A stretch of DNA of 32,803 nt from contig NKIB01000417.1 in the NCBI GenBank assembly GCA_002256025.1, positions 1 through 32,803 of the forward strand, given 5' to 3'. Made by a program: the position numbers and the translations under genes. The notes below the pieces were generated by a model. That model did not search any database, was not told the origin of the DNA, and saw nothing but the letters and a program-made list of their open reading frames with translations. Below, piece by piece: positions 1 to 10,700 of the stretch (positions are counted from its first letter, which is position 1; every line of letters starts with the position of its first letter). Source of the DNA: Asterionella formosa. Lineage: Eukaryota.

Positions 1-1026
1 GATACTTGGCGTATTGCTATTCCTACATCATTATTGGATCCTATTATTAATTGGTATCATCAGATGTTAGCTCATGTGGGTATGACAAGATTAAATGCTA
101 CAATTGCTACACATTTTTATCACCCTATATTAAAAACAAGAGTGGAACATATTGTAAGAGTATGTGAAGCATGTCAACGTACAAAATTACCTGGTACTGG
201 TTTTGGTGAACTTCCACCCAGGAATGCATTATTATTACCATGGTCAGAAGTCGCAGTAGATCTAATTGGTCCATGGAAGATAACAGTGGCTGCTCAAACG
301 ATTGAATTTCGTGCTCTAACTTGTATTGACACAGTCACCAATTTAGCAGAAATTTCACGTATCATCAATAAAACATCAGAATATATTGCAATGAAATTTG
401 AAAATGATTGGTTAGCCAGATATCCCCGTCCAGAACGTTGTATACATGACAATGGAGGTGAATTTACTGGTGCTCCTTTCTTACACATGTTAGTATTGAA
501 TGGAATCAAAGATGTGACTACCACAGTAAAGAATCCACAAGCAAATGCTATCTGTGAACGTTTCCATCAATCTATCAGCAATAGTCTACGAGTTATGTTA
601 AAGGCTCATCCTCCAATCAATGAATTTCAAGCCCAAAATATTGTGGATACATGTTTTGCAGCTGCGTCATATGCAGCTCGAGCTACTATTCATAGTATAT
701 TACGTATTTCACCAGGAGCATGGGTTTTCCAACGTGATATGATATTAAATATTCCTTTGATTACAGATTTACAATTAATACATCAACGTCGACAGGTGAT
801 AATTGACGAACGTTTACGTCGTGCAAATTTCCGTCGTCGATCTTATGATTACAAAGTGGGTGACGAGATTTTAATATTATTGGATAATCCTACTACTTTG
901 GATGATCGTGGACGAGGTCCTTATACTATTATTCAAGTACATGCAAATGGTACAGTTACTTTTCAACGCACTATGCATATTACCGAACGAATTAATATTC
1001 GTCGTATCAAACCTTTTCATAGGTAA
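1..1026 (+). CDS. Ty3/Gypsy-type pol C-terminus: integrase (5' partial)
   Basis: Frame is open from base 1. HHCC zinc motif (WYHQMLAH...CEACQ), DDE core (VDLIGPW, HDNGGEF, NPQANAICERFH) and GPY/F module (GPYTIIQV). Integrase last in pol, followed by PPT/LTR, is the Gypsy order. Confidence 0.92.
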   Translation, partial: DTWRIAIPTSLLDPIINWYHQMLAHVGMTRLNATIATHFYHPILKTRVEHIVRVCEACQRTKLPGTGFGELPPRNALLLPWSEVAVDLIGPWKITVAAQTIEFRALTCIDTVTNLAEISRIINKTSEYIAMKFENDWLARYPRPERCIHDNGGEFTGAPFLHMLVLNGIKDVTTTVKNPQANAICERFHQSISNSLRVMLKAHPPINEFQAQNIVDTCFAAASYAARATIHSILRISPGAWVFQRDMILNIPLITDLQLIHQRRQVIIDERLRRANFRRRSYDYKVGDEILILLDNPTTLDDRGRGPYTIIQVHANGTVTFQRTMHITERINIRRIKPFHR

Positions 1027-1040
1027 AAGGTTTTCCCTCA

Positions 1041-1250
1041 AGTGTGGGAGAGTGAGCAATCCTGCACATCGATACAGATATATATAGAGTTGGGGTTATG
1101 TCAAATATATCGGAATTCAATAATGAGAGAACTCGACTAACACCCATTCTATACTTTGATGTCAGTTCAGGAAATGAGTTATACATAAGGATTAATTAAT
1201 AAGCTCATATATTCAACAAATACTATTACTTCTAGTTAGATACTTCACCA
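1041..1250 (+). mobile_element. Putative polypurine tract and short 3' LTR of the Gypsy element
   Basis: Purine run GGGAGAG (1046-1052) directly precedes TGAGCAAT at 1053. Candidate end is TTCA at 1247 or CCA at 1250 (TG...CA). The 5' LTR is outside the window, so the end is unconfirmed. Confidence 0.6.
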
Positions 1251-1755
1251 GGTACCAATGTTTTATACATGTGGGGATCATGAATGAAATTGAACGAAGT
1301 ACGAATTAGGACGCATCAATAATTTTTATTTATTCCGTATACCGGTACTCTGGTACAGGTATATACATACAGCTCCTGGTACCACGTACCTGCTACTTCT
1401 AACTATGTACGTGTGAATGAAGAGGTCTCTAATATCCATATATAATACGGATTACATTCTGGTATTTATTATCTTTTGCTTATTATGAATTTGTTGCTTA
1501 TACAAACAGAAGCGGGACAAAGACTTTTAAATATAGTAAGCTATTTATCTATCAGACAATTACCGGAACGCACACTTACATCGCCATAGATTATATATAG
1601 TACCTGGTACTGTAGTCTACAGTAGACCTAGACTGGTATTGATCATTGTGAAAAGCCAGACAGACCGTAGTGATACTTATTTACTGGAAAATCAAGCAAC
1701 GCGAAAGAAGTGTGGAATATTATACTTCTTTCGGTAATCAATAACAAGTAGTACC

Positions 1756-2721
1756 ATGTCGGACCTGAAAGAATCTGTTCGAGGCGCCATTGCCAACTAT
1801 GTGTCAAGCAAACTCGAGACTCATACAGAAGCAGATGTCTTGCGAGTGATTCGAGACCAAGCCATGTTGCTATTTGAACGACAAAGCATTATCGATATGC
1901 TCGATGCCGACCCCATGGAACAACTTTCAAGTGTCCGACCAGAAGTGAACAAAATCAAGAACATGCTGGAAGTCATTGCGTGCAACCGAGTTGTCACGCA
2001 CGAGGGTTATTCATCTATTGAAGCCACAGTGCAATGGAAACAAGATGGGACCATGAGTAAACAAGTCAAGGAATATTTGCAATTCTATTTCAAATACGAA
2101 CGTCGACCCATGAGACCAGAGGATATTGTGGCCGCACAAGTGGACTTTGGTTCAGACAAGGAATCGCTCAAGCTAGCTGGAAATCATATTGGATATGTCA
2201 TTGATGTGTCCAAGGACCATGGTGAGCGAGAGCGTCTGCTCACCGTTGAGGTGTGGGCCCGCGGCGACGGACCGTCACAAGGAAAGCCCGAACCACTGCT
2301 AGCATCCGCAGATGATTGGGAAGACATGGATGAAAATGATGACATGGACGAGGCAGGCAAGAGCGACGACGAAGCCATGGAGGCGCAAGCAGAAGAAATC
2401 CTAGATGATTCCTTAGACGGTCAGGTACGAAAAGTAGACGACGAGGAGAAACAATCAGGGAAATCTCAAAGTGACAAGTTTGCAGCTTATATTGACCCAG
2501 ATATATTAGCGAAGCTGATAAATTGGTCCAGTTTAGAGTTGGATGAGACAGAATATTTCTTTCTGCTCATGACATTCCCGTTTTACGAGCAAGAATGGGA
2601 TCTGGTGGGATTTGTGCTAGATGTGGTATTTGCAGAAGACGACAGCTATGATGATGTTAATTTTGACGCTGTTGAGTTTGACAAAGATGACGAAGCAGGT
2701 GCCGCAAGCGAAAGTGATTAG
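1756..2721 (+). CDS. Hypothetical protein, 321 aa, acidic C-terminal half
   Basis: Uninterrupted ORF, ACCATG start context, higher GC than its flanks. No family recognised. Confidence 0.8.
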   Translation: MSDLKESVRGAIANYVSSKLETHTEADVLRVIRDQAMLLFERQSIIDMLDADPMEQLSSVRPEVNKIKNMLEVIACNRVVTHEGYSSIEATVQWKQDGTMSKQVKEYLQFYFKYERRPMRPEDIVAAQVDFGSDKESLKLAGNHIGYVIDVSKDHGERERLLTVEVWARGDGPSQGKPEPLLASADDWEDMDENDDMDEAGKSDDEAMEAQAEEILDDSLDGQVRKVDDEEKQSGKSQSDKFAAYIDPDILAKLINWSSLELDETEYFFLLMTFPFYEQEWDLVGFVLDVVFAEDDSYDDVNFDAVEFDKDDEAGAASESD

Positions 2722-3728
2722 ATAGTCTAGGTCAATAGTTTTTCATCATTGTTGATGATGAAGGAGACGAAAAGGTATTGGATAGAGGATTCTGTCTTGT
2801 GTCAAATATGTGGGAATGGTCCCACTCTGTTTCTGAATGATCAGACCTGATTATGAAACAAACATTGGGCTGTCAGGAAGGCTATCAACAAGCTAGTTAG
2901 TTTGTGGAAAATTGTTTCACTGATGGAAGGACAAGGTACCTACAGCATACCCAATCCTAATCTTGCTTCATATTGTAATGGGGAGATGGCCTGTGACAGC
3001 TATTTACCATAACAGTAGCTCATTTTCTTCATTCATTTCCTTGCTACATGTACTATACCAGTTCATATGTATAATAATAGTATGACAGAGCTTTTAATCT
3101 TTGTTGGTATGACGTAAGGCAAAAGCAAACAAGGACATACATGCGGATGAGCACACTCCAAAGTAAATGCTAACAATAAGCCATGCATCACATCTAAGCC
3201 CTGCAAGGAAGCGGTTGTAATGGTTGAAGGATTAGTCAAGTGGCAGGAAGGGGTTTGCATATGCACACCAGGCTTAGATATAGTTATCTCATTGTTTGTG
3301 GATTTAAAGAATCGGACCATGGGAAGGCCTCCCACTAGCTGCCAAGGCCAATTTTTCCATGATAATTACATCTAGAACATCTATAGTACTCGTTCACCAC
3401 CTCTATTAGAATTTCATCATAGTTAGTCATAGAACATCTCCCAGAACGTCAGGGATTTCCATTCACCTCCTATAACTGATGTAAATAAGGAACATCCTGC
3501 CACAAAATTCAGCAGTTATCGACACAATAACCAGTATCATCCCAACTGTGTCGCAACCTTTCCTAAGCTCCAAAAAGGAGTCTAGTAAAAATATATTTTG
3601 TTATCAGTGTTCATAGCCAGGTCCATTAATAACACTTGCCTTGCAGGTGGATCAAGAACCTGGATTTCTTATTCTTCTTGGTTTGTTTCATTGTGTCTTT
3701 CCTAAAATTTTCTGAGCATTCCTCAACT

Positions 3729-4128
3729 AATGATGCTGTTGGATGGATTTTGGTCATTCTGGTCTATCTCCTTGAGTTTCTTTTCAATTCTTGTGGTTCT
3801 TTCATCTGTTTGTTGTTCATTATGTAATGTTTCGATACCTTGGGATGAAATTGGTCTGACTGGGTCTGATTTGCTGGATGCATGGACATCGCCAATAGCC
3901 TTAATCAATTCAATGATAATGTTGGGTGAATGTCGGTCCTTTTGGTCTATCTCCATGAGTTTCTTTTCAATTCTTGTGGTTCTTTCATCTGCTTTTTGTT
4001 CAGTATGTACTTTGTAGATAAGGTAGGACGAAAACGGTCTGACTGGGTCTGATTTGGATGCATGGACATCGTCAATAGCTTTGCTCAATTTAATGATGCT
4101 GTTGGGTGGATTTCGGTCATTATGGTCG
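3729..4128 (-). repeat. ~180-183 bp tandem repeat (2.2 copies) within a decayed coding region
   Basis: Units start at 3729, 3912 and 4092 (AATGATRMTGTTGG). The minus-strand translation repeats 'DERTTRIEKKLxEIDQ' and 'DVHAS(S)KSDPVRP'. Confidence 0.85.
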
Positions 4129-4196
4129 AAATTTTAAATCTGGTTGATTGCTTGTGGTTCTTCACAGGCTAAATCTTTGTAAAGGATTTTTTCCCA

Positions 4197-4645
4197 TCAT
4201 AAAATTTTATGTATCAAGTAGACAACAAAAGATAATAGCATCACTTGATATGGAGTGTTGAAAACTTGGGTATTCGCTTCTCTGATATGACTGATCACGA
4301 GGATGGATAAAAAGCAAGCCCAGTTATTGATGGTATGTGCACAAAAATCCTGAAGAATTCTCTGTGTGTCCAATCACTGCTTTCTTTGAGTATATGCATG
4401 AGTGTTTACCCAGATATTATCCAAAAATCCCAAAGGGCCAATATTTAAAGGGGTAAATCAAAAGGATTGTTTAGAGATTTTCTCAAGCAAACTTTCACAA
4501 AGCATGAGGAGAATTTTTATGGCTATTACATTGACAAAATTGGCAACCAAAGCAATTGAAAAGGTACAACAACTTATGCCTCCAGTGGATTTTCAGCAAA
4601 GCCATCAAGTGATGCCATTAACAATTGTGGGTTTGGATTCTAGTT
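4197..4645 (+). pseudogene. Degraded Crypton-like tyrosine recombinase fragment
   Basis: Stitched frames read *NFMYQVDN..HLIWSVENLGIRFSDMTDHEDG..NPEEFSVCPITAFFEY..GPIFKGVNQKD..GYYIDKIGNQSN*KGTTTYASSGFSAKPSSDAINN. This follows the stramenopile Crypton motif order recalled as WNLMCR / ANP..CP / GTHSxRKG..TYASSG..PS. Confidence 0.7.
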
Positions 4646-5210
4646 AGTTAGTATATTCAGAGATCCTTATAAAATTGGTGTAACAACTTTTCTTTGTAGA
4701 CAATCATGACATCAGCTTTGAGAATGTCAAAAGACAAAATGGTGATGGTGCAAACATTGAGGAGCAAGCTGTTGGCTGGCAGGATGCTTAAGAGATGTCT
4801 AGTATTTGGATGAAGATAGTAAAAATCGGATGGTTGAGCAAAAAATTGAGATCTCCTGCGATCTTTAATGACAAGGAAAAATGTCCATGTTGCTCTTGAG
4901 CAATGTAAGGGCTGCATTGTTTGTATATCACCTGAGGCTGCTCAAGAGATGAAGAGTGGAGCACTGCTTTAAGACAAATGCCAACTGAGTGAAAGTTTGT
5001 AGGAATGAAAACATATTCAACACATTGATTGTGATCCAATGATGGTTATTGCCATGACTTTGCAAGGTTGTGAAGCATCAGCAAACTTGCAAGGAGTCTT
5101 GAGGTTCATTCACTTTCTTTTACATCTGCACAAATTGGAGTGGTAGCTATCTTGCAATAAATGCATTGCGTATATTGCCAGATCAGTTGATTTGTGGCGC
5201 CCAGCCAGTA

Positions 5211-5523
5211 AGTCTTATGTAGCCATATAATTATTGTAATACTTAGACAACACCGTACGCACCTCACCGTGGAATTTTGAGTGCCATACGTCACACTTGA
5301 GCATAACGATACAGTTTAGTCTTATGTAGCCATTTAATCATTGTAATACTTAGACGACACCATACGTAGCTCACCATCGAATTTTGATTGCCATACGTCA
5401 CACGTGAGCATGACGATACAGTTTAGTCTTATGTAGCCATATTATTGTAATACTTAGGCGACACCATACGCAGCTCACCATGGAATTTTGAGTGCCATAC
5501 GTCGCACATGAGCATGACGATAC
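5211..5523. repeat. 107-bp tandem repeat, ~3 copies
   Basis: AGTCTTATGTAGCCAT at 5211, 5318 and 5425; units are similar along their whole length. Confidence 0.95.
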
Positions 5524-5973
5524 CGGTACTTTGATGATCTGTTGTTGTCTACACTTGCATTATACCGGTAGTCTAGGACCCTACCGGGGTATGTGAATGA
5601 CCTAGTGGACTACTTAGACTAACATAAACCCGGCATTTCATAACTGTGTGTGAGGAAAAAATGTCCACATTTTTCCGTCCAGCTGAGGCTGCTTTTCGAC
5701 GACAAGACCCGATGAAGGCGTTGGGGACAGAAATTTCGATTGATATGCATCTTCTTGTGGTATATGAAGTAGTCTACCGGTACTCCTTTGTTGATGCCCT
5801 TCATTCGTCATGATGGTTACAGTCATCATCCTGCTATAATTTAATGCCCTCTTCGCTCCCGATACAAGAATCCTTTTTTTTCGCTTTACCGAGTGGCACA
5901 AGTCTACCTTCTCTGTATCCCAGCAGCATTCCTTATCGGCCCTTGGAGTCATGCCAAAATACATCGGATAGGC

Positions 5974-7257
5974 ATGATGGCAAGTTTACACCATGGCAAT
6001 CCTCGCAAGCCAAGCCTCGTCATCCCGAGAAAGACCATTTCAAACTCTCGCCTTATTGTTCTCCTTTTGCTTTCGGCAGGTTTGGGCATACGTGTGCGCC
6101 TCGTGAATGTCAAATGGACGCTAACGACCAATGGCACTCCTACAAAAACAACCAGCGTAACCAATAACTATGAACAAAAAACAAGAACGATCCGCAACAG
6201 CATCACATACAATGATCACCAAGCTAATTCAGCCACCAAGTCAATGGACTATATTCCGACAAGAATCTGGAACTATACATGTTCCAATTATTCTTGGTGC
6301 ACACTTCCTGCAGACTCAACATCCTCCACCACCATGTCGATCCAGGGGTTATTATATATTAAGCTTCCAAAGTGTGCCTCTTCTACCGCTGCGGGTGTGA
6401 CGTTGCGTATTGCTGATACAGTTGGTCAATGGCGAGGAGGTGACAAGAATAAGTGTGCATGTCGGTATCGTCATGGGACGGTACGTTCCCAGGGATACCG
6501 CCATCGCAATCCCAATACATCGTTCTTATGGACATCCATTCGACATCCAGCATCTCGAACTCTCTCAGCATATTTCTTTTATCATGTCAGCCGACGTCAT
6601 GTCAATGCTACAGAAGACATCATTCTAGCATTTTTGCAAAAACAAAGACACAAATCATTTTATGTAAATTATTTGGCACTGAACATGAATCATGGCGAGA
6701 GAATTCAACAATCTCATATACAAGACATTCTCCACGGATTTGATTTTATGGCCATCTCGGAGCGCTTGCCAGAGTCCTTGGTCGTGTTGAGCCTTTTGTT
6801 GCAAATTCCCATTGCAAATGTCGTGTTATTGTCTAATAGTAAAATGGCAGGTGGATATGATGGGGGTCGATCCAAAAGATTTAAATGCGCAAAAATTCAA
6901 CACAAGTGGACGACACCAACCATTGATAGGTACTTGTTGAGTAGGGATAATGATGACTTTTTGGTGGATAATTGGGACTATTTCTTGTACCAAGCAGCAA
7001 ATGCCAGTTTGGATCGAACAATTGACGAATTGGGACGATCCAAAGTGGAAGCAGGACTTGAATTGTATCATGCATATCAAACCAACATTCAAAATCAGTG
7101 TTCGGGCAAGGCAATATTTCCTTGTCCCATTACCATTCCGAATCAAACTTTGTTGAGTCAACAGGATTGCTACTTTTCGGATGCTGGGTGTGGATACAAG
7201 TGTATTGACAAGGTGCTTCGAAAGGATGCAATTATGGAATGGAGCAATCTACGCTGA
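5974..7257 (+). CDS. Type II membrane sulfotransferase-like protein (Gal-3-O-sulfotransferase / Sulfotransfer_2-like)
   Basis: First in-frame ATG at 5974. N-terminal hydrophobic anchor (LIVLLLLSAGLGI), Thr-rich stem, 5'-PSB-like YIKLPKCASST, 3'-PB-like SIRHPASRTLSAYFF and FDFMAISERLPESLVVL. Confidence 0.78.
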   Translation: MMASLHHGNPRKPSLVIPRKTISNSRLIVLLLLSAGLGIRVRLVNVKWTLTTNGTPTKTTSVTNNYEQKTRTIRNSITYNDHQANSATKSMDYIPTRIWNYTCSNYSWCTLPADSTSSTTMSIQGLLYIKLPKCASSTAAGVTLRIADTVGQWRGGDKNKCACRYRHGTVRSQGYRHRNPNTSFLWTSIRHPASRTLSAYFFYHVSRRHVNATEDIILAFLQKQRHKSFYVNYLALNMNHGERIQQSHIQDILHGFDFMAISERLPESLVVLSLLLQIPIANVVLLSNSKMAGGYDGGRSKRFKCAKIQHKWTTPTIDRYLLSRDNDDFLVDNWDYFLYQAANASLDRTIDELGRSKVEAGLELYHAYQTNIQNQCSGKAIFPCPITIPNQTLLSQQDCYFSDAGCGYKCIDKVLRKDAIMEWSNLR

Positions 7258-7784
7258 ATATTGAAGACTTGGCAATGCAAGAACTGGTAAATAGACCAGG
7301 ATTCATCACTTCCAATTGCGCGATGTATGACATACCTGTTTCATCGAATATTTTGGCTTCTTCGAGTTTCAAGTCGATGGTATTCCATTGGAGACACATT
7401 TGGAAATTTGTGTGGTCCAGTTTGGAAGTAACAAGTTGCCACACCTTTACTCTCTCAATTGTCACCATGTTCCATGTCGAAGGAGTGGCTTATGCATTAT
7501 GCACAGCCAAGCTCCTCGTTGTTGAAAGAAAACAAAAATCATATACCTCTCAGTTTGGGGAACATATTGCAGATGAAATGATGAAAGTCATACATGATAT
7601 TAGCATTCCCAAGGATTCATTCCTTCGACGAATTGACAACCTTTATTTGGAAAATTGACTTCTAGCTGAGATAAGCACCTCAAGCATACCGCAAACTTTT
7701 GCCATGGTAAAGAAAGGGTTTATGATTAAGAATTTAACAGAAAGAGGTTTTCAGAATTACTAGCTTGATGCATCCTCAGTGAAG

Positions 7785-10700
7785 CTAACTTATTTCACTC
7801 ATCTCACCACTGTAGATGTTTTCATCCTCTTCATCAAGATCAAGATTATCTGAGATGTCGTCATCGTCATCTGTATCAAATGGCAAAGGATCTTTAACAG
7901 GATACCGATTGATACTCTTTGCTGCCTCTAAACATAGCCGACGGACTTCAGGGTGAATTCCAGGAGAGACAACTGTTTTCTGGCCAATGTTTGCTCGAAC
8001 TGGTGTGAAATGCAGTTTACTGTACTGGCGAAGGGCGTCTAGCACTCTTCCCAGCATTCTAGCCAGGTCACCAGGAGCTGCTCCCGATATCAGCAATGCA
8101 TCACTCCAAGAGCACCCACCAGCCCATGCTGTAACAACTTCGCAAGTGGAAAGTTCCAACTCACATCGCGATTGTGATTCCTCAACGCCACACTGTTTCT
8201 GAACCTCTACAAGGCGCTCAGCAGTTGCCAATGAAGCCTGAATAGCCCGTTGTTGTGCAGGAGAAAATCGTTGAAAAGATTCAATCACTGACGATGGGCC
8301 GTTACGTCTACCACCTTCTGATACTAAACATGCGACATACCCAGCCAACTCGAATGGAGTCAATTCTCGTAAGCAATCAATTAATACCTCTGCTTCTTTT
8401 TGGGCTATAGACGTATCAATTGTAGCTGCTTCGATAGCTTCTGTCTGTGATGATGGTAGGTCGTGGACGTCGTCATACTCATCCCAGTCGTCATCCCTAC
8501 TTCCGAATGCTTTCATCTTATCACGAAAAACGTCTAGCTGGGCCGACGCCCCGACAACATCCCACGCTCCTCCCATTCCGACTAATGCCCAAAGTGTATT
8601 ATCAAATGCAAGCATTCCAATATTGGTTCCAGCAGCAGTAATTTCAAAGGTTTCAACTTCCAGTGCATCATCATCATCCTTGTTAAGATTCCAGCCACAA
8701 GTTGTTGTGAGACATCCGTAGGACACTAGCACCTTAGTCAGAGAAAGCATATCATTCCAGGTTGAGTCCCTAATCAATCTGTCATCAGTGGCCTTATCGA
8801 TAAATTCATTATCCCCCATAGAACTCAAGAGGTTCCTTTTCTTCTTTGTTGTTGTTATGAACGACTTAGCAAACACTGTGAGCTCCTCGGGAACCAGAGG
8901 GGTGCCCTTTATTGGTCGTGGGTCAAGGCTGTTTCGAGCATTATCTAACGAATCAGTCAAAAACTGGGACCGAGATGACATTTCATTGGCGATTTTGTTG
9001 ATATACGCCGCCATTATATAAAACGGGTGCTTAGAAATTTCCGTAGTAACCGAAAGAATCCTTGTCTTCTGCGCATCTTTTTGCATTTCAATGTCAGACA
9101 TATCTTCGTTGAAAAGATCTTGTAAGACATTATCTTCCTCTGTGCTTGCAAACCGCAGGTCTATTTTCTCTTGTTCAAGGTAGGTCATAATTTGCTTCTG
9201 CATCTCAAGCTGTTCTGTCAGACCAATGAAGGATCTTGATGCCTTACGCAATTTCTTTCGGTCGTCTAATATTTCCAACATCAATTGAAGATATGACAAA
9301 TCAAAGTTCGAGTTGCTTTGTTCAATCTTTTCCTGGAAACTGTCCGCGACAACTTTCATGAATTGGCCATGGGAAGCCGCTGCTAAGCCCTCCATAACTT
9401 CTTCTTTCACAACTGAAACATCAGATTTTTCGACCTGACGCTTCTGCCACATAGCAAACGATTTCTGAACAAGTTGCTGTGCGATATCAAGTTTCCCGGC
9501 ACCTCTTGCCAACAGATTTACAGCTAGTGTGTAAGAAGGCGAGAATTGAGAATTTATGGGCTTGATTTCACTTGTCAGAATCAATGCAGCTTCATCGTGT
9601 CCCTCAAAGGGCGTAGCGACAAGAACACATGTTCCATCTGTGTCCATTCCTCTTCGTCCCGCTCTTCCGGCCATCTGCAACAGATTCGATGTCTCTAACA
9701 AGTTCATACTGCTTGACTCTCCGCGTTTGGCCATAGCACAAATACATGTCGTTCTCGCGGGCATGTTAATACCAGCCGCTAATGTTTCAGTAGCAAAGAC
9801 AACCTTCATCAGTTGATCTCGATACAACTTTTCTACAAATGCTTTATGCGCTGCAAGCATACCAGCATGATGAGAGCCGACACCAAACAAGAACTCTTCG
9901 ACTGTCCCATCGTCAAAGGCAATCTCCTTGTTTGCTTCATTGAAGTCCGAGACTCTGTTTGCTACCTGTCTGACTTCATCATATGATAGTAATCCTTTGA
10001 AACTACAAAACTCCCAGTTCTTTTGTGACAAGGGCGAGCTATCATCAAACTCCACATCAGATCCTCTAACAGAATCGTCGAAAAACGACGCGAGAGTGTC
10101 GTCGTCGACATAGTTGCTACTTTTACGGAAGGTACGACCTTCGGAGTCATTCATCAACCGTTCCTGAGATCTTCGACTTCTCTTCCTGGTACCTCTTTTC
10201 CTTCCATCTCCTTCATTTTGCTCTTGTTCGCTGTATGAGTCAAACTCCACGTCAGTCGATGCACTTTCCTCGGATCCTCCCTTCATTTGCTGACAAACAC
10301 TTGTCGCGGCTTCATCGCATCCAGCACGGGAGAAGATGAAGAGAATAGCTGGAAGTAGATCTTTCTGTTTCAATCGTTGCAGAAGAATAGCGAGCGATGG
10401 AACAGCCTTACGGAGCTCTTTTTTTAAGAGTCTGTCTCGTTCGCGAAGTTCATCCCGTGCAGTCATTGGCCCGCGTTTTACCCACCTTTCTCGAGTACTT
10501 GATCGTTGACTTCTATCATTATCGCTAGAGATACTTTGAAGTTTGAGCCTATCGATCGCGTCGTTGATAGCTTGCAGTCTTTTTTCAGAGGAGGCTTTGA
10601 GGATAGGGTTCACGTGCAAACCTTTTGGCAGTTCATCCTTTGCTGCGTCCTGCTCTGTCGCTCCAAAACCAGTCTTTTTGTTCGTTTTTCCCGGGGGTAC

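Noticed and set aside
7239..7658. 139-aa ORF
   Set aside because: Overlaps the sulfotransferase stop and lies in convergent 3' UTR space; no recognisable motifs.
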